Below are positions 1-12,259 of a DNA stretch of 64,000 nt, in pieces. Both the position numbers and the translations under genes were made by a program. The notes under the pieces were generated by a model. The model saw nothing but the letters and a program-made list of their open reading frames with translations, did no database searches and was not told the DNA's origin. This DNA is from the human T2T-CHM13v2.0 reference genome, Homo sapiens: the NCBI RefSeq assembly GCF_009914755.1, contig NC_060930.1; one strand, 5' to 3'. Numbering within the stretch: position 1 is the stretch's first letter; each line of letters starts with the position of its first letter.

Positions 1-9
1 AGAAATTAC

Positions 10-208
10 ATAGGGTTATTTTTGGTAATTCCTACTAATGTACTAAAAAAAGAGAAAAACACAGACCATAAAATCACTAGATATTCTGAGATAAACAGAA
101 AGACGCTGGAGTTCAAATTTTCAATCTTAAAATAGTGCTTAAAGCCTATATTTCCACAGCTTCTTTTTCTTTTACTCCTCCATACTCCCTCAGTCATTGC
201 TCTGAGTG
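10..208 (-). pseudogene. Fossil exon, PLAT N-terminal part with linker
   Basis: Acceptor ctcttccatacttctag| at 209-210, donor |gtaatt at 8-9. Frames give LWKYRL and NLNSSVFLFISEYL (cf. KY-x-I..T-x-SNVF-x-x-I-x-G). Overlaps ORF 6..197. Confidence 0.45.
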
Positions 209-530
209 CTAGAAGTATGGAAGAGTATTTTGAAGAATAATTTTCACAAACCTAAAAAAAAATAATAAAATCCCTTATCAGTAGACATTTTTTAAAATTA
301 GGAAGCAATATTTCTGTCATTTCTTCAATTACTTAGATTAAATGACTGGCATATTAATTAGTTTCTATATACTCATTCTTTTTGTAAGCAGTAAATATGA
401 GAAAAGTATTTTTTGGTAACTATAATAGTTATTTGAGAGTGTCAAAAGATTGTGCTAAAAATGTGGTAATGCTACAATTTTAAACATTGTCCCTTCAGAA
501 AAAAAATTGTTAAGGATAGATACATATATA

Positions 531-609
531 TAAAATTGACAGGTATATATATATATATATATATAACTGACACATATATATATATATGTGTGTATACCTG
601 TCAATTTTA
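531..609. repeat. (TA)n microsatellite enclosed by a perfect 17-bp inverted repeat
   Basis: taaaattgacaggtata (531-547) is the reverse complement of tatacctgtcaatttta (593-609); internal palindrome 570-591. Confidence 0.9.
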
Positions 610-885
610 GATTTTTATTTAACTCCTCAAGGCATCCCCATGAAAACACCAATAATTCAAATAAATTTAAAATTAAGGTACTTTTAGCAGCAATGTGCTA
701 TTTGTTATACTGCGTATTGTTGTTCTTTCTGGAATGTGGTAAACTGTAGTAAATATATTTTAACTACATATAAACCAAATATTTTAGGATATCTGAGGAA
801 GTTACTTATTTTCTAAACATATGTATAAATTCAAAATATTTTTCAATTCTTATTCTAAAACTGAAAATTTCATAGTTTCAAATAA

Positions 886-1185
<300 letters not shown>

Positions 1186-1214
1186 AATAAAGCTTTCAAT
1201 TGTATTTTTAAAAC

Positions 1215-1496
1215 ACATTGAAGTTTAACATTTTAGAACTGGAAATTCTCCATCACCCAGAATTGGCTTTTGTCCTTCAGACACAATTTTTAACTAATCA
1301 TTTCAAAATAAATCTCTTCAGGTTATGCATCTTTATAGAGAATAATTTTTTAAATGATCAGTATTCAAAATACTGGTGGTTGAACTTTAATAGATTAGTA
1401 GATATTAGTTTTCAATATGCCTGCTCCAGAATTTCTCCAATATACTATAGCATTTTGAAGGTTAATAGGTTAGCAACGTTTGTCCATGTACAAGTC
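1215..1496 (-). pseudogene. Fossil exon, most of a PLAT domain
   Basis: Acceptor tttcttactaag| at 1497-1498. NAIVYWRNSGAGILKTNIY*SI (cf. IVYTGDVSGAGTDANIYITI; the YIGEI frame lies alongside), then KSQFWVMENFQF. Confidence 0.6.
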
Positions 1497-2169
1497 CTTA
1501 GTAAGAAACATATTCAGGAAGACATAACAGCCTTCAAATGAATAACTAAAAGCAGTGTTTCTAACCTGTTCCATTACTGTTTTGGGGGGCAGATTCCTCT
1601 TACTGCTTTAAGTCAATAAGTTTGCCCTCAGCTAATAATGACTCATTTTCTCATAGTTGGAGGGAACCCTTTTGAATTTTAGGTCAAACTTCCTAAACAG
1701 CATCTTCCAATGTTTATGGGTGGTACTTTCAACATTTAAATGTTCCTTTTTCACAGAAAGTACTACTACGTAGAAAAGACAAATTATAACAAAATTAATG
1801 TAAAGAATTAGATGCTTGAATCAGTGTTCTACAAGGCAGAAATTTAGCATGTAATTACCTAGTGATTAAGCTTTAACATTGTAATCAGTGAAATTCCATG
1901 ACTCTTTCATCTCCTAACAATTATTTGTTTGCATGGCAATTTACATAGTTCAGTTGTGAAACTGTTTATTTTGTCTTAGTAACTATATACCTGGACAGAA
2001 TTTTGTTTACTTATTTATTATACACAGTTTTACAAGGTAAAAAATGGTTTGGACAACACACAGTAAAAATTTCAAAAGAATATTGATTTAAATAAGATAG
2101 TGTATTTCTGCCTTACATTAAGGAAACCAAGAGGCAGGCAATCAACCAGTGACTAAAGTATTTAACTTT

Positions 2170-2370
2170 CTACTTTACCTCCAAGGGCTTGGCTTCCATT
2201 CTCAAGATTACCTCATAATCCAAGATGGATGCTGGAGCTGCAGCCATCAAATAAAAAGTTTGCAGGCTGGAAGAAAGAAGAGAATGCAAGAGCAATAGTT
2301 CTTCCAGTTAAATTGGCTCTATTAAGCAACTTTCCTGGATAGTTTCCATAACACTTCTCCTTTTACCTCT
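2170..2370. mobile_element. Old MLT1 (MaLR) LTR fragment
   Basis: caagatggatgctggagctgcagccatca motif typical of old MLT1 LTRs; diverged. Confidence 0.4.
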
Positions 2371-2732
2371 GCTTTCAAATTGGCTGCTCCAGACCAAGTT
2401 CTTCTCTTACAGAATTAGGTTGAAACCAAAAAGACACTGGCTCTACATGATAATACAATGACCTACAATAACATCCCCTAGTACCACAGAGTTAATGATC
2501 ATGTTTCTAGGGATTGTTTTCTTTGTAGTGTACAAAAATGACAATATTTTTTAGACATCAAATTATTGAACCACATCTTGAATCATTGTCTTCTGGTGTT
2601 CTATATTATGGACTTAAGTCTATAGTGGTCCATTCGTTTATAGATAAATTGTATGGATTTTTTGTCTGATGATTTGTAAAATGCTATCTTTACCATTATA
2701 AAACAAGTGACCATGATCTAACTAGTTCTTAC

Positions 2733-3060
2733 CTGGCATTTCTGGATCTGTAAATTCGAGATTTCCTTCAGTTCACAAAACTTGTCATGTCTTTCATAAA
2801 TTATAATATATAATTTACATTTTGTTTTGTGTGTCTAAACTCAATCTCAGTAAACCAAAGTTGTTGCTTTTGAACTTTCTTGATCTGAAGCAATGAATTT
2901 ACTTAAAATGGAAAGCTTTCCGTCTATCTTCATAACAGTTTCTGTCATATGCAGCACCTTAATGTTCCTCAGAAGATGAGTGATGGGATTCTAACAGAAT
3001 CTTTTATATTTACCTAACATGACACCATACTTCTTGTCAGAACAAGAATTTCTGACACTT
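2733..3060 (-). pseudogene. Fossil exon, one PLAT domain
   Basis: Strong donor CAG|gtaaga at 2731-2732. EVSEILVLT / YGVMLGKYK..TETVMKIDGKLSILSKFIASDQESSKATT / LWFTEIEFRHTKQNVNYIL. 5' boundary uncertain. Confidence 0.6.
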
Positions 3061-3240
3061 CTCTCTTTACTCTGCTGTAATTTTGTCTTATTTTCCCTCA
3101 AATTCCCAGAAATATTTTGAAAAATGTGTTTTATAAATTATTTTCTTTCTTTGACCATGGATTTTAGGAACTTTGTTATTTTAATAGCTTTTAATCTTTA
3201 AGATGGAATTTCAAAAGAAAAGATTTAAACATTTGGGCTC

Positions 3241-3629
3241 CAGCCGAATTCTATGGGAGGTACAAAGAGGAGCAGGTACCATTCCTTCCAAAACCATTCC
3301 ATCAATTGAAAAGGAGAGACTCTTCCGTAACTCATTTTATGAGGTCAGCATCATCCTAATACCAAAACTTGGCAAAGACACAACAACAAAAAAGAAAACT
3401 TCAGGCCAGTATCCCTGATGAACATCGATGATGATGAGAATATCCTCAATAAAATACTGGCAAACTGAATCCAGCAGTACATCAAAAAGCTTATTCACCA
3501 TAATCAAGTTGGTTTCATCCCTGGGATGCAAGGCACTTTTAATGTACACAAATCAATAAACATAATCCATCACATAAACAAAACCAATGACAAAAACCAC
3601 ATGATTATCTCAATAGATGCAGAAAAGGC
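3241..3629 (+). mobile_element. Isolated internal L1PA ORF2 (RT N-terminal) fragment
   Basis: cagccgaattc..ccctgatgaacatcgatg..atctcaatagatgcagaaaaggc matches L1 ORF2; no 3'UTR, poly-A or TSD. Confidence 0.9.
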
Positions 3630-4060
3630 AGAGAGGTCCTATGTACACTTCTTCTCATTTCCTTCAATAGACACAACTTATGTAACTATAATTCAATAGC
3701 AAACTAAGAAATTGGTATGGCTACAATTTGTATAGTTTTATACCATTTTATCACATATATTGATTTGTATAACCACCACTGCAATCAAGGTACCAATCTA
3801 TTCCGTAAACAGAAAGATCTCCCTCATGTGGTTCCATTATAATTACACCAACCTAATAGCCACCATCCTTGCTTCTTGGAAACCACTAATCTTTCTTCCA
3901 TCTCTATAATTTTGTCATTTCGAGAATATTTTATCAATTGAATCATATAGCATGTGACCTTTTGAGATTAGCTTTTTTTTACCCTTAGCAAAATGCATTG
4001 AAATCCACTCATTATTGCATGTATCAGTAGTTTGTTCATTTTGTTGAGTAGTATTTTATC
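3630..4060 (-). mobile_element. L1MC-type 3' end fragment
   Basis: gcttcttggaaaccactaatct..atctctataattttgtcatttcgagaat..gaatcatatagcatgtgaccttttgagatt, typical L1MC 3'UTR in antisense. Confidence 0.65.
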
Positions 4061-4399
4061 AAATAGAATGAGATGAGCCTTGTGATTTCACCAACTACAT
4101 CCTTGAGTCAATTTTATTGCTGCATTGCAGATAGTAGGAACCTAGAACCTGGAGTCTCATTGAATAGAGGATACAGATATTGGCATTTAGAGAGTCTAAA
4201 GTGGCTAGAATTTGCATTAGAATACAAAATCAGATAGGTCTTTAGATGAGTGATGAACTGTGCATGCCTGGTTTAAAACTCCTCACATTTGGAGTAATAA
4301 ATAGACTAAAAATCCTCCACAGCTCACATATCTCTAAGAGTAGTTTGATTCTCATTAGATAGAACAAAGAGACATCAAAATAAAAGACAAAATATAACA

Positions 4400-6204
4400 C
4401 TGCATAAAGAGTCACACCTTAGTAATGAGGCTAAAGTAGAGTCTGAGCAATGGCTAATCTGGACTCATATTTCAAAAACCTTAAAATTAATTTATCAAGC
4501 TTCAAAAACATATTGATTCTGAAATAACTTAAAATCCTCCCAGAATCAAATCCACGCTTCTTTAAAAGAATATAAAAAATCCAGTACTCAGCTACAAAAA
4601 TTTGACAATATCTGACATTCAGTCAAAACATAACAAACATGCAAAGAGGAAAGGAAATATGATGTGTATGTTACTAAACGACAATATCTATAAAAAAGCA
4701 TAAATGACAGAAATTATGAAATTAGCGGATAACAACTTCAAGACTGCTAATATAAATTTTATAAATATACTCAAGTACATAATCAACATAAACAACATAA
4801 ACAAATGAGATACAAATAAAACATCTATGAATAAAAACAATGATCTCACCAACTACCTTGAGAACCTAGGAAAAGAAGAGCAATTTATACAATTTACACC
4901 AAAAGTAAACAGGTAGAAGGAAGTAATAAAAACAGAAGCAGAAATCAGCGAAATAGAGAAAATCAACAGAGAAAAATCAATTGAACCAAAAGTTGTTTGT
5001 TTGAAAAGATTAGTAAAATTGATAAGCTTCTAAACAGCCTTATCAAACATACAAAACAAAAAAAGGATTTAAACTGAAGATAAAATGTAACCCTAAAAAA
5101 ATTAAATTTACCAGAAAAGACAAAGAGACAAAAGGGGAAAAAAGTAGAAAATAAGTAGCAAAATAGTAGATTTAAAATTAAACACATCAGTAATTATATT
5201 AAATGTAAATGGTTTAAACACTCTAATTAGTAGAAAGATATTGCTAACCAAGTAATTTATCTTAAATATAAAAATAAAGGTTTAAAGAAAATATTTAGAA
5301 GTCTACATACAACTAATTATAGGAATACTTGAGTAGCTCTACTACATATCAGAAGAAGTAAACTTCAAGGTAAAGAGTTTTACCAGTAATTAAGAGGAAG
5401 CTACAATAATGACAAAATCATTATTTCATTAAAAAGATACAAAAATTATTAAAATGAATGTATATAATAACAGAGTTTTAAAAATGTAAATAAAAAAGTT
5501 ACTATTACTGAAAGGAGAACTCCAGAAATTCAGTATCGTAGTTGGATATTTCAGTACTCTTCTCTGAGTAATTGAGAAGTTTAAAAAAATATTAAGGATA
5601 TAGAGATCTTATTCAAAAACTCTGCCAACCAACTAGACCTAAGTATCATTTATAGTAGAATATATATTGCTCTCTCATGCACAGGTATCATACACCAACA
5701 TAAACAGTATCCTGAGCCATAAAATGACTCTCAATAAATTTCAAATTTTAATGTTACCTGACAGCAATTGAATTAAACTATATATTAATGTCAGAAATAT
5801 ATGCGGAAAATACATAAGTATTTGGAACTTAACACACCTCCAAATAAATTCATATACCAAAAAAGTCGCAAGAAATTAGTATTTATTTCGAACTATATTA
5901 ACATGAAAATGCAACATATCAAAGTGTGTATGAACAAATAAAGTAGTGCTTAGAGAGAAATTTATAGCAATCAATACTTACATTAAAAATAAGAAAGAGC
6001 TAAAAATTAATGATCTCACCAACTACCTTGAGAACCTAGAAAAAGAGCAATTTATACAAAAAGTAAACAGGTAGAAGGAAGTAATAAAAACAGAAGCAGA
6101 AGTCAGTGAAATAGAGAAAAATCAATTAAACCAAAAGTTGTTTGTTTGAAAAGATTAGTAAAATTGATAAGCTTCTAAACAGCCTTATCAAACATACAAA
6201 ACAA
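4400..6204 (+). mobile_element. Old L1M fragments (ORF1 start to endonuclease region) with an internal duplication
   Basis: A-rich L1 motifs: aaatgtaaatggtttaaacactctaatt; gtagttggatatttcagtac; aagtagtgcttagagagaaatttatagc. Confidence 0.75.
4839..5059 (+). repeat. Copy 1 of a ~200-bp local direct duplication (copy 2 at 6009-6204)
   Basis: Both copies run aatgatctcaccaactaccttgagaaccta...cttatcaaacatacaaaacaa; a few substitutions and three indels (3, 9, 13 bp). Confidence 0.95.
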
Positions 6205-6404
6205 TCTTCCCAGTCCTATGACCTGAAGGTAATTAGCTGACTGAAGGTCATCTATGCCATTTGATTTTACATAAATGACAAGGTAACTTAATAAGCTTCA
6301 TTTTATTTTATAGTCAGTACAACATACTTGTGAAATAAATGAAATAACTGGTTTGAGTAATATAGAATGATGTCATTGCCAAACAAATAGTTGCTGGAAC
6401 TGGT

Positions 6405-8210
<1,806 letters not shown>

Positions 8211-8256
8211 TTCATTTAGTCATTGAGGCTATAGAAGGAGCAATGGAGTATTTTAC

Positions 8257-8353
8257 CTCAAGGCCTGTTTCACAAAGTGTATTCTAGCAAGCATTACTAC
8301 TTAAAATCTGACCCTTGCATTGTTGCCAATAAAGAGATATGTGTTTTCAAAAC
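8257..8353 (-). pseudogene. Fossil exon, PLAT C-terminal strand
   Basis: Acceptor ttctatacttcatctcatcag|, donor GAG|gtaaaa; FENTYLFIGNN (cf. TYYFPCN). Confidence 0.55.
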
Positions 8354-8549
8354 CTGATGAGATGAAGTATAGAACATGAGAGTAAGTCTATAGAAATACT
8401 TACTAGACGTATTAACTTTATGTGTTTTTAGATCTGATTATAAAATTAGATGGCCATGTTTTGAATATATTTATTTTATTTTTATAATAATTTTTATTAT
8501 ATTTATAAAAGTATTAGCCTACATAAAGAAGATGTTTTTAATTCTTTAC

Positions 8550-8689
8550 CCCAGATAGTTTGAAAGCACTGCAATAGAATGACATTCCCAAAAGACATCT
8601 TGTTCTGTAGCTTTCCACGACAAAATGAGTTCGGGAAATGGGTGGCTGTGTATTCTTACTGATTTTAGTCCACATTGAAGTGTTAAAGT
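8550..8689 (-). pseudogene. Fossil exon, PLAT middle part
   Basis: Acceptor ttaattttcatag|, donor |gtaaag. Stop-free phase-0 frame TLTLQCGLKSVRIHSHPFPELILSWKATEQDVFWECHSIAVLSNYL. Confidence 0.6.
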
Positions 8690-8894
8690 CTATGAAAATT
8701 AAATCGACCTCCTTAAAGGTGTTATTTATTATTTTCAATTATTTTTTAGCACATAATTATTTTTATATTAACTATTAAGACCCTGGGTAAAGAATGTTCA
8801 AATGAACACACTCAAATTATGTGATATGAAAGTTACAAGAAATTATCCAAATTTGTGACATTTTAATGATCAAGTCAAGTGTCTTTCAAATTTC

Positions 8895-10335
8895 CTTTTT
8901 AAAAATATATCTATTTTTTACAGTTGTCTAAACATTAATGAGAGATATACCCTCTTAACAAAGTTTTAAGTATTCAATACAATATTGTTAACTATAGGAA
9001 CACAGTTGTGACAGATCTGTAGAACTTACTTATCTTGCACAACTAAAACTGCATACCCATTAAATAGCAATTTCCATTTCTCTCTCCCTCTGAGCCTAGA
9101 AACCTCCATTCAATTCTGTTTCTATGAGTTTCACTTTTTTGGATAACTCATAAAAGTGAATCATAAATTGTCCTTTGTGATTGGCTTATTCTACTTACCA
9201 TAATGTCTTCCAAGTTCATCTATGCTGTTGTATATGGCGGAATTTCCTATTTAATTTATTTATTTATTTATTTATTTGAGACGGAGTCTCACTCTATCAC
9301 CCAGGCTGTAGTGCAGTGGCACCATCTCAGCTCACACCAACCTCCGCCTCCCAGGATCAAGCCATCCTCCCAAGTAGCTGGGACTACAGGCATATGCCAA
9401 CACACCTGGCCAATTTTTGTATTTTTAATAGAGACGGGGTTGGTCTCGAACTCCTGACCTCAGGCAATCCGCCCGCCTCAGCCTCCCAAAGTGCTGGGAT
9501 TACAGGCATGAGCCACCACAACCAGCCAGAATTTCTTTCTTTTTTAAGGCTGAATAATATAAATGTCACATTTTGTTTATCCATTGATCTGTCAATAGAT
9601 ATTTGAGTTGTTTCTGTATATTGGCTATTGCGAATAAAACTTCCACAAACATGAGAGGGCAGATGTCTCTTCAAGATCCAGATTTTAATTATTTTAGATA
9701 CATTCCAATAAGTGGCATTGTTGGATGATGTGCTAGTTCTATTTATTAATTTTTTGAGGAAATTTTATACTATTTTTCATAGCAATTGCATCATTTTACC
9801 TTCTCACAAATAATGTACAATGACATCGATTTCTCCACATCCTCGCCAACATTTGTTATCTTTTTTTTACAATCGCCACCATAATAGATGTGAAGTGATA
9901 TCTCCTTGTTTTATGTAAGATTTAAAACTGTAAAACTCTAGAAAACAAAATCACAGGGGAAAAGCATCCTGATATTCGTCTAGGAAATTATTTATTGGAT
10001 ACGACACCAAAAATACAAGCAACAAAAACAAAAATATACAAGTGAGACTCCATCAAATTTAAGTTTCTACACAGCAAAGGAAACAACAGAGGCACGAAAC
10101 AATTCATGGAATGGGAGAAAATATTTACAAATCACATCTGATAAGAGGTTAATGGCAAAAATATACAAGGAACTTCTACAACTCAATAGCAGATGAAACC
10201 AAACAAAAAACCAATTTAAAAATGAGCAAAGGATATAAGTAGAAATTTCTCCAAAGAATATGTTTCAAAAAAAGAAGAAGAAGAAGCACATGAAGAGGTG
10301 TTCAACATCACTAATTGTCAGGAAAATTCAATTTT
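8895..10335 (-). mobile_element. L1MA9/L1MB-like element with 5' inversion (minus to ~9912, plus 9913-10335)
   Basis: Antisense 3'UTR and ORF2 end, then a sense ORF2 segment ending next to the breakpoint in L1 coordinates. Candidate TSD tttcaaatttc at 8884-8894 and 10336-10346. Confidence 0.8.
9250..9527 (-). mobile_element. AluS (Sx-like) inserted in L1MA, with (TTTA)n tail and two small internal deletions
   Basis: Alu body ending gagccaccacaaccagcc; TSD-like gaatttc on both sides. Confidence 0.93.
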
Positions 10336-10767
10336 TTTCAAATTTCTAATCATATTGGAAAACTTTTCAGCTATTTATGAGTCCTCAACTGTTGTATAAT
10401 CATTTGACAATTCAATCATAATTTTCCATTACCAGAAATAGTTTGGTTCTTCTTTTAAATAATTAAATGCCATGTCATATATTTTAAATAACATAAAATG
10501 TAATTTACATGGTAAGTGTAAAGAGACATAATAGGTTTCAATAATGTCATGATAAAATTCACAAATAGAAAACAGTTTATTGCTTTTTAATGCATATTTA
10601 TCTAAATAAACTTAATAGGTAAGCTGTGTAATATACTATCAACAACTTTTCATCATACATATTTAAGATAGTTTTAAGTTGTCATCATTCAACTTTTATA
10701 TGAAATCATTTTCTTTTATAATTTCCCTTGAACAGACCATTTTAATATCTTTGCTAGCAAAACTTAC

Positions 10768-10897
10768 AATACCTCTTCCAAAGAATAGGGCATGGTGATT
10801 TCTATTTAGCTGATGCCTTTCATTCCATATGTTCTTAGGAATATATCACTGAGAAAATATTTCAACATCCATTTTTTAGAACAGATTAGGTATATAG
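10768..10897 (-). pseudogene. Fossil exon, PLAT N-terminal half
   Basis: IYLICSKKWMLKYFLSDIFLRTYGMKGIS* then, after a shift, LNRNHHALFFGRGI|gtaagt (cf. NVFITLYGEKGDS..FERG). Pyrimidine tract ends in AA instead of AG. Confidence 0.7.
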
Positions 10898-12078
10898 TTA
10901 GCAAAGAAGAAATTTAGTCATTGGTGTAACATAACCTTCCACAATGTCAAAAATACCCAAAGTGTAGAACTCTCAGAAATCTTGTCTGTCCTCACAGCTT
11001 TTTCACTGGGAAGATAGTTAAACTTTAAAATAAGAGCTGTAAAGCAAGTTGGAAAATTGCCACATACAATTAATTAGCAATAGTAGAAGTTAGACAATTA
11101 AAAATCAGACTTCACTCTGACCCAATAACCAGATAAAATTAGTTTTTATTTTTCTAATTTTTGTATTAAATGTGAAAATATTAATGTGTGTACAGAGATT
11201 TGACTTCCTTTTCATATTTTCTTTAAGTAGAAAAGTCTATAGAAATGCCATTGAAACTCATTCTCAGAATAAAATGTGTTATCTTGTGATCATTTATAAA
11301 TTTTAAGCTTCATTAAAATCAGTTTGCCAATCATTATATAATATTCTGATTTAGAAATACTGGCCTATGTATGAATGAATCAAAAAATCCTGCTCAAATT
11401 TTAGATTTGCTCAAGGAAGGGAAATATTTCAGAAATTCAGAATTCAAAAACACTTTAGCATTGATTAACTTGGTCTTTGTTTTTTAATAAGACAAAATAA
11501 AAAATATTTTTTTGTTTTCTTCTGTGAACCACTTTAATGAGTGATATTGACAAACAGGCAAATATCTAATGTAATACTCAAGAGTTCAAGAAAAAGAATG
11601 GGAAACATAATTGTTTTTAAAATTTAAAGTGTTAGACTTTTCTATATAGTTATAAATCTAGGGCTAATAAACTTATACTACAGAAAAGTATATTTAAATG
11701 TAAAATAAAAACTTTTTTATTATCTTTATTTCAATGTTTTTGGGAAACAGGTAGTGTTTGATTACATGAATAAATTATTTAGTGGTGATTTCTGAGATTT
11801 TGGTTCATCCATCACTCAAGCAGAGTACACTATACCAATGTGTAGTCTTTTATCTCTCACCCCCCTCACATCCTTTCCCCCAAGCCCCAAAGTCGATTGT
11901 ATCATTTTTATGCCTTCGCATCCTCATAGCTTAGCTCCCACTTATGAGTGAGAACATACAATGTTGGGTTCTCTATTCATGAGTTATTTCACTTAGAATA
12001 ACGATCTCCAATTCCATCCAGGTTGCTGCAAATGCCATTATTTCATTCCTTTCTATGCTGAGCAGTATACCATGGTAT

Positions 12079-12200
12079 GTATTTATATATATATACACAT
12101 ATATATACACACATATATACACATACATATATGTGTATACACATATACACATACATATATACACACATATATACATATATACACACACATATGTGTGTGT

Positions 12201-12257
<57 letters not shown>
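12079..12257. repeat. Compound (TA)/(CA)/(TG) microsatellite inside L1PB1
   Basis: Directly visible; source of the YI/HT-rich spurious ORFs. Confidence 0.95.

Positions 12258-12259
<2 letters not shown>

Noticed and set aside
6-197. Hydrophobic ORF read as a transmembrane protein with a furin-like RKRS site
   Set aside because: The hydrophobicity follows from T-rich sequence; the segment is better explained as a frameshifted PLAT start.
1218-1541. 107-aa plus-strand ORF
   Set aside because: No recognisable domain or splice context; it is the antisense shadow of a minus-strand PLAT remnant.
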